This document shows, one piece after another, positions 1 through 10,500 of a stretch of DNA of 64,000 nt. Under the pieces are notes generated by a model. That model saw nothing but the letters and a program-made list of their open reading frames with translations, did not search any database and was not told where the DNA came from. Within the stretch, counting starts at the first letter, position 1. Every line of letters starts with the position of its first letter. A program made the position numbers and the translations under genes. The DNA is from a virus (lineage: Duplodnaviria; Caudoviricetes), in the IMG/VR virus record IMGVR_UViG_3300020440_000009, positions 1 through 64,000 of that record; one strand, 5' to 3'.

Positions 1-245
1 CCCTCATAATTCACGTTTTTTATAGTTACCTCTCTCCATGTAATCAAATCTTTAAAGAGTGGGTGTGATTTTAATTTTCTAAGTCCGGCCGCTTTTTTTG
101 GACAATATATTTCACCTTTAGCTATTCTCTGGCCTATTTCTTTTGAGAAAGATAAAAGACCAACTAATACCACAATTATTAAAATTTGATATGAAGACAA
201 ACCTAGTAATTGGTTTATAAACTCTGTATCTATAAAATCGTTCAT
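1..245 (-). CDS. Partial membrane-anchored protein (runs off the window edge); possibly holin-like
   Basis: Manual translation MNDFIDTEFINQLLGLSSYQILIIVVLVGLLSFSKEIGQR... stays open to base 1. It has one N-terminal hydrophobic helix and is preceded by GTAAATA-N5-ATG. The holin idea is only a guess from topology. Confidence 0.6.
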   Translation of the reverse strand, partial: MNDFIDTEFINQLLGLSSYQILIIVVLVGLLSFSKEIGQRIAKGEIYCPKKAAGLRKLKSHPLFKDLITWREVTIKNVNYE

Positions 246-256
246 ATTGGTATTTA

Positions 257-1030
257 CTAATAATCTGTTATAATACCTAGACCATTATTATTACCAGCTT
301 GCCAGTCAGAGCATCTTCTTCGTCTAATTGCTTTCCAGTAGAGACCGTTAGGACCATCAACTCGTTTGTATGTATGCTGACTCATCCAGTCATAGTTATA
401 ATATCTTTTGTTTTTATCTTTTTTAGTTATACCTTCTTTATAAGAGTAAACTTTGGCTCTGAAGGCATATCTAACATACAACATTGTTCCTCGGATGTCA
501 CCACTTAATGTAGGTGCAACTTCAAGGGCTTTATCTAAAATAAAACCATAACTAAGAAAATAATCCCTTTCATTATTTGTACCTACATGCCAAGCTTTTC
601 TGTTTCTGAAGTTACTATCCTGAAAACCATTAGCAGGACCAAAAGTCATTGATAAGTCTATCATCCTACTTCTTGATAAATTATTACCAACAAAAGTTCC
701 ATAAACACCAGGTGTTAGAAATCTATTATCTACACCAACTTTTAGAGAGCCGTCTGCTTCATAAACATCATCGTTACTAGCTGACAAAGCAAATACGTCT
801 ACAGGCTTAATACCTTTATTAAAAATACCTGTATTTTGAACTTCTTGTCTATTTGCTACTTTTAAATTAAATAATTTTTCTTTTGATGTTTTTGTAGGGT
901 CTTTTAAAATGTTTACTTTAGCTTCAATAAACTGATCATTTAAAATCATGTTATTGAAATACTTATTCATATTCAAATCCTGATTGAACTCATCTGCATT
1001 TATATTGTTTGTTTTATAAGGTAAAGACAT
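257..1030 (-). CDS. Putative short tail fibre/receptor-binding protein, paralog 1
   Basis: Start moved to MSLPY at 1030 (GGAGAG Shine-Dalgarno just upstream; the ORF-track start overlaps the previous gene). Shares an N-terminal motif with the next two ORFs. Confidence 0.6.
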   Translation of the reverse strand: MSLPYKTNNINADEFNQDLNMNKYFNNMILNDQFIEAKVNILKDPTKTSKEKLFNLKVANRQEVQNTGIFNKGIKPVDVFALSASNDDVYEADGSLKVGVDNRFLTPGVYGTFVGNNLSRSRMIDLSMTFGPANGFQDSNFRNRKAWHVGTNNERDYFLSYGFILDKALEVAPTLSGDIRGTMLYVRYAFRAKVYSYKEGITKKDKNKRYYNYDWMSQHTYKRVDGPNGLYWKAIRRRRCSDWQAGNNNGLGIITDY

Positions 1031-1031
1031 A

Positions 1032-1670
1032 TTAAACTCTCCAAACTCCTCCATATATGTATGCGTATCTGCTTCCTATATATCTAGGTTGAAATCTCTC
1101 AAACACAAAGTACGATCTAATTATATCACTAACAGTATTCCCATTAGCTCCTTGTTTTGATCTTGATCTATGAACAACAGTTACCTGAAAACCATCACCT
1201 AATTTTGGATTTCCTATTTCATCCATAGCACTATTTATCGAGCTTGAATTTGTAATTCTACCAACATGAACAACATCAATAGTCATTTCTTTATGTATAC
1301 TAATTCCATCATCGGAAAAATTTCTAGCCATAACATCAGGTGTTAAGTATCTTCTATGATGATGGTCATACACAGTTGTACTGTAGGCACTTAAAGACTC
1401 TTCTTCCGTTCCTGCTAATCTAGGAACCATACCAGGAGATATGGCCGCATTTTCTCCTAGGTCTGTACCGGATGGTTGTACTTTTTCATATACACTAGTA
1501 TTCAACTCAACTTTTAGTGATGTTGCACGAGTTACATTATATTCAAGTATATCATTTAAATAATTATCATTTTCAATAAGTCTAGATATACATCTATTTT
1601 TATTTAGTTTCTCGTTATATTCATTCATGAATATATTAACATCTTCTTTTTCTCTATATGGTAATGCCAT
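1032..1670 (-). CDS. Putative short tail fibre/receptor-binding protein, paralog 2
   Basis: N-terminus MALPY...NI...EYNE..NKNR.ISRLIENDNYL matches the neighbouring paralogs; located at the distal end of the baseplate operon. Confidence 0.6.
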   Translation of the reverse strand: MALPYREKEDVNIFMNEYNEKLNKNRCISRLIENDNYLNDILEYNVTRATSLKVELNTSVYEKVQPSGTDLGENAAISPGMVPRLAGTEEESLSAYSTTVYDHHHRRYLTPDVMARNFSDDGISIHKEMTIDVVHVGRITNSSSINSAMDEIGNPKLGDGFQVTVVHRSRSKQGANGNTVSDIIRSYFVFERFQPRYIGSRYAYIYGGVWRV

Positions 1671-1683
1671 TTTCTATATTCTC

Positions 1684-2469
1684 CTATCCTAAAGAGTCCG
1701 GAAAAATTCTAGGTCGTGATGCGTCACCGGCTACGGAACTTCTAATAAACTGCCAGTTTGTAGTGCCGGATCCTTTTCTATAAAGGTATCTTGCTAATTT
1801 AGGAGGTTCCCTATCAGTTACACTAATAATTCCTGCATTTCCGTAAAAATCAATTCGACCTTGATAGTCACCATTTCTATTGTTAGGTCTAGTTCCATCA
1901 AATTGAGTATAAAATAAAACAACTATATATGTATTAGCTGGTGGTACAAAAGTTTTAGTTACAAAATTTCTGGCATCAGACGCAATAGTCTCTGGAGAAG
2001 GATACTTAGGATATATTTGAGTACCTTTTACTACTGGTCTACTAGCGTAAGGATTTAAGGAATCTTGTCTACATGTAGTTAAATCTATTTCAATAAAACT
2101 TTCTCTAAAACCCTCCACAAAGGATCTATGTGCGGATAATGTTACAAACTTATTATCAGCTCCCGTACCGTCAAGTTTTATATCAGCTATCGGTGCCGAC
2201 AAAGTTAAATACTGATTTATACCCCAAACAGTTCCTGACCCCTGAATTGTGGATAGCGTGTGATTATAACTTCTATCGTACAAATGTTTAATAGCAGAAA
2301 CAGGTGTAAATCTTATTTGCTGAGCCGTTATGGCCGTTGTCTTTACCTCATTTTCTAAATATTGGTCATTTGACAATAGCCTATTAAAAATACGATTGAT
2401 GGTTGTGGCTTGTTTAAACTCACCTTCATGTATGTTAATGTCTACTGTTTTTGTATATGGTAATGACAT
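1684..2469 (-). CDS. Putative short tail fibre/receptor-binding protein, paralog 3
   Basis: N-terminus MSLPY...INI..GEF...INRIFNRLLSNDQYLE; GGAG SD upstream. Confidence 0.6.
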   Translation of the reverse strand: MSLPYTKTVDINIHEGEFKQATTINRIFNRLLSNDQYLENEVKTTAITAQQIRFTPVSAIKHLYDRSYNHTLSTIQGSGTVWGINQYLTLSAPIADIKLDGTGADNKFVTLSAHRSFVEGFRESFIEIDLTTCRQDSLNPYASRPVVKGTQIYPKYPSPETIASDARNFVTKTFVPPANTYIVVLFYTQFDGTRPNNRNGDYQGRIDFYGNAGIISVTDREPPKLARYLYRKGSGTTNWQFIRSSVAGDASRPRIFPDSLG

Positions 2470-2473
2470 CTAT

Positions 2474-5400
2474 TTATTCTCCCGTAAATTCTATACCTAG
2501 AAGCTGTGTATGTACTGGTGTTATCTTATCGATTATATTTCTAACAACATTTGTAACACTTTTCTTAATATTTTGTTTTTCAACTTCACCTAATGTTTCA
2601 TCTCTGTTAAGTCTTGAGTTATTTATCCTAACGGAGAATAGATTTGATTTATGTATTGGTATTGTTTGATACCTATAAAAACCATCCACTCTTTCAGCTA
2701 GATCATATAGAGATGCGTTATTTCCTGCATCACCAACTCCTCCATTACCCGATAAACAAGTAATATTCACATTTTCAATTACAACATCACCCAAGCCAGA
2801 CGCTGGTGTTGAAACGCCTCGACTAGTAAGTTGTATTATTATGGCGGAAGGTGCATTTGTTCCTACTTTATTAAAATTAAATCGTTTTGTTCCTGGTTCT
2901 CGTATAGTTCCTATTGGTGCTATCCCACAAGATAAGCTGACAGTGCCACTAGCAAAGTCGGATGTTGTTATAGATACATCATAGAATCCAGAAGGTGATA
3001 TGAAAGCATCGTTTTGTGATATTCTAGTGTATCCAGTTCCGTTGTTATACATTCTAACACCACCGGTAGGCTCTTTTATTTTCATATTATCGGACCAGAA
3101 TGTATCCATCTCTTCTTTGTTGCCATTTATATCTTCTTCTCTAACTAACAAACCATCTCTTGCGTTTGCTGATAGTGTGTTAGTTATTTTTTCAGTATAA
3201 GGATTTTCAAACTTATATCCCACTAAAGCACCACTTGGTATATGGTTAAGCTTAACAATACCTTCTGTTTCACCATCTGTTAAAGAACGATTCCATTCAT
3301 AATATCTTGAGAATGTTAAAGATGATCTACCTTGCATATAAGGTGTTATTGAAGATGCACCAACTCCTGGATTAAAAGTGTTTATATTTATGTCGGTGTC
3401 ATTTTTAGATTCCGTTTTAAAACCACTTATACTGTTTGTCATTGCAAACTTTTTATCGGTGTTTAATCTATCTTTTCTGAATACCAACCATTTCCATTGT
3501 CCATCGAATTCACGAGCATTTATATAAAAGCCTTGATCAGCATCATATACATTACCCGCACCTGCGGCCGAAGAACCACCTCTCCACCAAACTCTAGGAT
3601 TATCCGAGGTGGCATGATTTATACCTGTTTTTCCTGGAGTAAATATAGCTATATGGTCTTCACCTTCAGTAAAGCCGTTTGGTTTACCTATCAGGCATAA
3701 TCTTTCATCATCAGTGTCTCTAGCTTGATTTGAACCGGATAAAGTTTTTGCTCTTGGTAAATGGTCAGGAAACTTAACAAGCATTGCATAAGTTTTATCG
3801 GCAGCCGATAGATTATTAAAAGTATTATTTGTATTTGATATTTCAACAAATCCTGATTTAGCCATCGATATACAAGGTCTTACGTCATTAAAGTCTGGTA
3901 TTGCTTTTTCATCTCTTTGTACTAAACCACTTGTTGCAACAACAGACCAATTTGTTGGTGATGAGTAGAAGTTATCAGCAGAGTCATCTGTGTGACTCCA
4001 ACTAGTAAAGTTTCCGTTTTTAATACCTTTACCTCTAACAGCAATTCTAGACTTATTACCCTTTGATACACTCAAAGATTTCAAAATACATTGAGAATCA
4101 TCGTGATCACCACTTAAGAATAAAGCAGTCGCATTAGGATCAGTTGCTTTCACTTGATACTGCCATTCGGTGATACCCGGTGCGGAAATTACTTTTGATC
4201 CGTTTGATATAAAGAAGCTTGTTCCGTTACCTGATAACTGTTGAGTGTCAAGTTCCGCTCTAAAGGTATACGTTTGTCCTGCCTCTAAAATTCCTGTCTC
4301 TTTAATTATAGATTTACCGGACATTACAACAGCACCGAATAAATCAAATTGGTTCGCTCTCTTTCTTCTGTTATCATTGACGGCTTTATTTTGTAATCTA
4401 AATTCCTCAACAAAAGCCGATAATCTTCTATTAGGATCAGTTTGTGAGTCACCTTCTGTAGTCCAACCTGTTAAAGAAGTATTTCCTATATTCCATGATC
4501 TGAAGTAAGGATCTGAGTTAAATGGTTTTAAAAGTTTACCCGTGGATTGTATATCAGAATCTGGCTCATAATTTTTGGCGACTCTATACACATTATATAA
4601 AAGATGATTACCATCTGAATTCACATCAATATAATATCTTGAATTATGTATTTCAGCAGATAAATGACCAACTAGGTTTGTGTCACCTGTTAAGAAATTA
4701 CTGTTAGTAGCAAATTGATTGTTTTCACCAGATACAACAACATTTGTATTAAAGCTACCATCATACATATTTTTGGCATTCATTGTATTCGAATACATAA
4801 TACCAGAATTAAAGTCATAGAAATCAAACTCAACAGGTGATTCTTCTATAAAGTTAAAGTCTAAACCAGATACAATAAACATAGGCTCAAGAGCGGCCGA
4901 AGGAATAGATGATCTACTCTCTTCTATTGAACCAGAAGGTGGATAAACAGCTATTGCATTACCACCTTCTGTTAAAAGATGTGCGTTTTTGTCGGCATCG
5001 TAATTTAAATATTTTATTGTTTTATTTGTTAAATCTGTCATACTAACAGCACTCTCGTTAAACTGAGTAACTGCAAGCTGTTTAACATCAGGTGATATAA
5101 CATTTAATAGGCCATCATCATCTTGGGTAATAGGAACATTTATGTTTGATTGTCTTATAAACTCATCTGAGAAATAAATATTTTTAACTAATGCTTTTCT
5201 ACTAAAACTATAAGACCCAAATCTATTAAACGGACTTCCTGAAGTAGCTGTAAAGTTTGTAAAGTCTTCTTCTAAATCACCAATCATTACACCTTTTGAT
5301 GTGTGGAATATTTTTGCTTTTTCACCTGATATTAACCTTTTTAATTCAAATCTATCAGAACCTATACTTCCAGAAATAGGTTCAATATATAATACTTGTA

Positions 5401-7498
5401 ATTCTTCAGCCTCATCATATCCAGGATCTGGAATATAACCACTACTACCACTACTTTCAGGTGAACCAGGATCTGAACCAGGTGAAGATACTGATCTATA
5501 TTCAGTTGATGATGTTTCAAAACTGAATACTGTACTCTCTGTGGTACCACCGTCATTTGTTAAGTTTACTTTCCAGTAGTATCTATTATCCGAGGCCAAA
5601 CCGCTTGCTCTGAATGTGCTGGTCTCCGAAGTATCTGTTAAGTGAGTCTCATTTAAATCAGGGTTTGGACCAAAGAAAAGTTGTCTTCTTCGTATAACAC
5701 CCGGGTCTGATCTATATCCTACTGATGTAGCTGATAAAGTGGTCGCACTCCATACCACAGTATCTGGTGTTTTATTAAAATCTGTAAAAGGTCTTGATTC
5801 AAATTCAATGGGATCACCTTCTGTATTTGAAAAATTCCAAGTAAACTCACCAAAAGATTGATTTTTAACACCAACGTCATCCAAAGTCCAATAATAATTA
5901 ATTAAGGTGTCTTGTGTATGTTCTCTTGTTGAATATAAGTTATTATTGGGTACACTAATAAAGGGTTTATAAACTGTGTCTAAATTAGGTGTTCTTGTAC
6001 TTGACTGTATACCTCTTACAAAAATATTAGAACCTGATAATGTACTTGTTGATTTAAATGATAAAAGCCAATGAGCGACACCATCAATATCATAGTCTTT
6101 GAATATATGTAAATAACCAGTTGTGGGAGTTCTTTCTACTGTAAATGTTACTTCGTCATCACCACCACCGTCAGCATTTCCAACTAATGTGTTAGTAGTA
6201 GTAACTGGTATGATACCAGAACCAAAATCTAAATTTTCGGCTTGAAAGTCTGGACCTGTTCTGCCATGACCATCATGAAATAAAACCCAATTTCCAATAT
6301 CGACATCAGGTGCCCGATCTTGAGCTGGGCTTATATCACTGATTAAGTTAGGTATCGCACTAGAATATCCAACCGGATCAGATTCAAAATCAGGTCGATT
6401 TAACCAAAAATACCAAGTATCTGAATTTAACTGGAATTCAAAATATGTGTTACTATTATCATTTTTTATCCATAAACCGTTTCCTGTCGGAATATATACA
6501 CCAGCAATTCCACTATTTGTCAAAATTATAGTTTGAGTATCGTTTAATCCGGTTATTTCAAAAGAACTATCCGTTTTGTTGATGAAGTTTCCTTCCTGAA
6601 AAGGAGTGTCGGATTCGTCTCTAGCTATCCATGTAGATTGATAAGGAAATCCAAATGATAGAGACGAGTCAACTGTAGTAACACCATTACCGGATTTTTT
6701 ATTAACAAAGTTTTCAGACTGAAGTCTTATACTATCGGTTCCTACTCTCCATGTGGCTAGATAGGGAAATTTAATGGCCGAGTTTGTACTCTCGAAAGTA
6801 TCAGTGTCCAAAAAACCTGTTGTACCATCAGGTTTGGCATAGTAAAATATCCAATCACTATGTGATATACCATTGACAAAGGTGGTATCTCTCTGTAGTT
6901 CAAAATATGTATTAGGCTCATTTATTTTTGTCCATGTAGTAAAATCCGAATTAGCTCTGTATGTACCGGTAATATTAGCATTTGATAGTGCAGTATCATT
7001 AGGAATAGTATCCGGTGTGTCTATTATTTCAAAAGAGTTAGTAGCCTTAGGTACAATAAAATAATTTATAGTATCTATCGTAGCTTCATAACCACCTCTG
7101 TCTGGTTTGTGTTCTAAAGTAGAACCTAATTCGATCATCCAGTCGGGACTTTTTGCCATTTTTGTAAATGTTTGGTCACTAAAATCAGCATTATTGAAAA
7201 AATGACCTAACTTACTAACAGTAATTACATTAGGCATTTCAGTAGGTGTGAAATTGTTTATTCTATTACTTCTATAACTAGCATATGGAACACCACCTAA
7301 AATCGATTTATCAATAAATACACATGACACTTCTTGTAGACCAGCATCATCAAAACTAACTTGATATTTATTTGATACAAAAGCAGGACCATCTGCACCT
7401 CTTTCGAATTTATATCCACGAGGTCCTGTAAATACATTTTCACTAGTTCTTACATAGGCACCTGTTAATACAAATTGTGAATGTGTTCCTTCTGACAT
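2474..7498 (-). CDS. Large mosaic baseplate/fibre protein with Fn3-like and LamG-like segments and a baseplate-wedge-type C-terminus
   Basis: 1674 aa ORF. Fn3-like strand YYWKVNLTNDGGTTESTVFSFETS; LamG-like end FSRYYEWNRSLTDGE; C-terminal IIDKITPVHT resembles the PxHT end of P2 gpI/gp7-type wedge proteins. Confidence 0.65.
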   Translation of the reverse strand: MSEGTHSQFVLTGAYVRTSENVFTGPRGYKFERGADGPAFVSNKYQVSFDDAGLQEVSCVFIDKSILGGVPYASYRSNRINNFTPTEMPNVITVSKLGHFFNNADFSDQTFTKMAKSPDWMIELGSTLEHKPDRGGYEATIDTINYFIVPKATNSFEIIDTPDTIPNDTALSNANITGTYRANSDFTTWTKINEPNTYFELQRDTTFVNGISHSDWIFYYAKPDGTTGFLDTDTFESTNSAIKFPYLATWRVGTDSIRLQSENFVNKKSGNGVTTVDSSLSFGFPYQSTWIARDESDTPFQEGNFINKTDSSFEITGLNDTQTIILTNSGIAGVYIPTGNGLWIKNDNSNTYFEFQLNSDTWYFWLNRPDFESDPVGYSSAIPNLISDISPAQDRAPDVDIGNWVLFHDGHGRTGPDFQAENLDFGSGIIPVTTTNTLVGNADGGGDDEVTFTVERTPTTGYLHIFKDYDIDGVAHWLLSFKSTSTLSGSNIFVRGIQSSTRTPNLDTVYKPFISVPNNNLYSTREHTQDTLINYYWTLDDVGVKNQSFGEFTWNFSNTEGDPIEFESRPFTDFNKTPDTVVWSATTLSATSVGYRSDPGVIRRRQLFFGPNPDLNETHLTDTSETSTFRASGLASDNRYYWKVNLTNDGGTTESTVFSFETSSTEYRSVSSPGSDPGSPESSGSSGYIPDPGYDEAEELQVLYIEPISGSIGSDRFELKRLISGEKAKIFHTSKGVMIGDLEEDFTNFTATSGSPFNRFGSYSFSRKALVKNIYFSDEFIRQSNINVPITQDDDGLLNVISPDVKQLAVTQFNESAVSMTDLTNKTIKYLNYDADKNAHLLTEGGNAIAVYPPSGSIEESRSSIPSAALEPMFIVSGLDFNFIEESPVEFDFYDFNSGIMYSNTMNAKNMYDGSFNTNVVVSGENNQFATNSNFLTGDTNLVGHLSAEIHNSRYYIDVNSDGNHLLYNVYRVAKNYEPDSDIQSTGKLLKPFNSDPYFRSWNIGNTSLTGWTTEGDSQTDPNRRLSAFVEEFRLQNKAVNDNRRKRANQFDLFGAVVMSGKSIIKETGILEAGQTYTFRAELDTQQLSGNGTSFFISNGSKVISAPGITEWQYQVKATDPNATALFLSGDHDDSQCILKSLSVSKGNKSRIAVRGKGIKNGNFTSWSHTDDSADNFYSSPTNWSVVATSGLVQRDEKAIPDFNDVRPCISMAKSGFVEISNTNNTFNNLSAADKTYAMLVKFPDHLPRAKTLSGSNQARDTDDERLCLIGKPNGFTEGEDHIAIFTPGKTGINHATSDNPRVWWRGGSSAAGAGNVYDADQGFYINAREFDGQWKWLVFRKDRLNTDKKFAMTNSISGFKTESKNDTDININTFNPGVGASSITPYMQGRSSLTFSRYYEWNRSLTDGETEGIVKLNHIPSGALVGYKFENPYTEKITNTLSANARDGLLVREEDINGNKEEMDTFWSDNMKIKEPTGGVRMYNNGTGYTRISQNDAFISPSGFYDVSITTSDFASGTVSLSCGIAPIGTIREPGTKRFNFNKVGTNAPSAIIIQLTSRGVSTPASGLGDVVIENVNITCLSGNGGVGDAGNNASLYDLAERVDGFYRYQTIPIHKSNLFSVRINNSRLNRDETLGEVEKQNIKKSVTNVVRNIIDKITPVHTQLLGIEFTGE
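6698..7034. repeat. Direct repeat copy 1 of a ~340 bp coding module (copy 2 at 7760-8104)
   Basis: High nucleotide similarity to 7760-8104, including a perfect 40 nt stretch 6882-6921 = 7950-7989. Encodes DTPDTIPN...LQSENFVNK. Confidence 0.92.
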
Positions 7499-7519
7499 TA
7501 CAAATTATCTCCCATAGAC

Positions 7520-10500
7520 TTATTCATATATATACCCCAAACCTGTAAGTACAAGATTTCTAGTTCCTGGTTCTATCCATCGAAGCTTACCTACATCGGT
7601 TGATTGTTCACTAGCATTATTTACAGGATTAAATGCGGATACTGGATCAGCCGATAGAACTCCTCTCTTAAAAATAGTTCCAGCACCACCATCTTCAGTA
7701 TCCTCGACGGCCGGTAGTGTAGTAAACTGAAATTGTTTACCTGATGTAGTTCCAATTACTTTATTAACAAAGTTTTCAGACTGAAGTAGTATTTCTCCCG
7801 GTCCAGCCTGGGACCATGTGGCTCCATAAGGAAATTTAATGGCATTTGAGTCTGTACTTAAAAAAGTCATACTGTTTAAGGTATCTGTCGTACCGTCAGG
7901 CTTAACATAGTAAAATACCCAATCACTATATGCGTCACCACCGATAAAAGTGGTATCTCTCTGTAGTTCAAAATATGTATTAGGCTCATCTGTTTTTGTC
8001 CATGTAGTAAAATCCGAGTTAGCTCTGTATGTACCAGTGATACCATCGTTTGATAGTGCAGTACTATTAGGAATAGTATCCGGTGTGTCTATCATATCGA
8101 AAAAATTATTATCGTTAAAAGGATCAACTCTCCATCGGAATATTGTGTTATTAGCAGTAGGTTCTGCGAATATAGTTATTTGATTGTCCGTAGTCTCTGT
8201 CATATATGTATCTGTTGGTATACCTGTAGAAGGATCAAATCTTGTTCCGAAAAATATTTTATATCCATCAAAGTTGGACGCATGATTCCAGCTTAGTGTT
8301 AAATTTTGATTGGGTACACCTACTGATTCATGAATAGGTCTAGGATTTGATACTCTACTAGGTGCTGTTTTTGGTACTGCCGGAGCCTGTAGTTCTTCGT
8401 TACTTATTAAGTCCATGGAATATTCACCTGATTTAATTGGACTCATATATATATAATTACCTTCGGGATCTCTTGTATCAATAGGAGTTCCTTTAGCTAT
8501 ATCGTAGTATGTAATACCCCTCTCTACATCTGCTTCTGTATAAACTCTACTGTTTTGTATTACATCGGAGGGAAATACATCTATCGTTTTATCTTTATAA
8601 AACTTAGGTACAAAATATTGACTACTTCCTGGTGATTTACCTAAATCCGATATACCACCTATATGAACATTGTAATCATTGTAGTTTCCTGTGTCTGAAG
8701 CAAAAATATCAATAGCTTGAACATTTCCACCTCCGGCTGAATTCATGAGCGGTGGTAAATATGAAGTAACTTGTCCTAACTGAACAGCATCATCAAGTTC
8801 CATAAATACTTCTGATCTGAAATCTTGATTACTAACAACTGATAAAGTACCAACAGTAGAACCTGTGTATGGATTGCGAGGGTCTACTTCCCATGTCAGT
8901 GTGCTTACTCCGTTTATATCAGTGTCGGTAGCTTGTGTAGGAGTTATCATGTCTATCCAATGTCTAGGAGTTCCTTCAGACTTGTAATTGTTAGACCTCT
9001 GTCTTTTCCAATCCGCCCATTTATTTTCTGAAATACCAGATGGTGCCGGAGTCATAGGATGCCTATACTGATTTGTTCTAAATAAATATTCAGGATCTGT
9101 TCCGTCCGATTTTTGTGATAATATATACCATCTACTATCAGCATAATCATATTTTATAGATAACTCTTTGTAATGTCTTTGTTCTCTAAGTCCATCAGAT
9201 TGCATGTCATCTAGTTTACCTATTAGCTTTTTATAATTGTGACACCAGTCCCAAATACCACCTGAAAGTGGATGTGAGTGTTGACTTTTTCCGGTAGCAC
9301 CCCAATTTTGAACTAGTTGTCTCCCGTTTGTTGAAAGTAAAAAGGGTCTATAGTCTCCATTTATACCGTCCGGGTATCTATCTGTTATTGAAGTTGAGTT
9401 AGTTGATATTGTAAATCCTACAATACTTGCGGGTGAAGAACCATTACCAAAGTCTAGGTTTACAGCAACATAGTCCTTAACTATAGGAATGTCACTCATT
9501 TCATCTAAAGTACCTGTTGTTCCATTATAAAGCTGACTTCCTATAAATAATACCCAATCTCCTACAGAGGCTAATGGTGCAGTGTCTGAACCATCGCTAA
9601 TTGTATTTGTCGAAGTTTTCTTAGCAAACTTATACGCTCTACGCAAATATGGATCTACATCGTAGGTAAGTGATGGTGTTCCTTCGGGTGTTATTCCTTC
9701 AAATGTACCAGCTAAAGACCAACCAGTTTCTAGTGGAATTTCAGTATCAGCAGTGAGAGTCGCAAATGTTCCTGGTTCATCCTTATCATTAATTTGCCAT
9801 TGTGTGCCGGCATATTCTATTCTGTTGTTACCAGTATCACTATTCCAGAAAGACTTACCATTAATTAATGTTTCTTGTTTAGTGTATGTTCCGTTGGCAT
9901 AAGAGCTACTTCCGGTAAATCCTTCAACAGTTATAGTTTGAGGTATTACATGGTTAAATCTTGCTATGTATTCACCTTCTGTTGTTCCAACGAATTTTAG
10001 ATCAGTGAATGCATCTGTGTTTCCTCCTACTGAATCCGTTTTTGTTACATTCAGTGCAGTTGGTACTGACGTTGTTCCTAAGCTGAAACCATTCAGTCTA
10101 ACTTTTACTTGTTTAGAAGATTCAGTATTATAAAAAATACCCCAACCATGAGAGCCAGGCGCACAATCACCGGCAATCAATTTAATCATATGATTCCAGG
10201 TTCTAGAAATGTGTTGCTGAACATCAAAGTGTCGATCGGTCGACCATCCTGTATCTCTATTCACTGAATAATTCCAAGCCTTCCAACCATAAGCTTGGCA
10301 AAATTTTCGACCTAGCTGAAAATTGTATCCAGGGAGAGCAGTTGAAATCAGTTTAAAACCAATGTTAGTTTCTTTATTTTTTGTCTTAGCTTGAAATATA
10401 GCTGTATCCTGATTAAAAAACTTATATCCGTTCATTACACCACTTGCCACATCTGAATAAGTTCTTGACTTATATAAAGCTCTACCGGCCGCAGTTCTAT

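Noticed and set aside
6698-8104. Repeat pair as the TR/VR of a diversity-generating retroelement
   Set aside because: Mismatches are not adenine-specific (many synonymous T/C changes such as AAT/AAC, ATT/ATC, ACC/ACT), both copies are in-frame parts of long genes, and no reverse transcriptase is present in the window.
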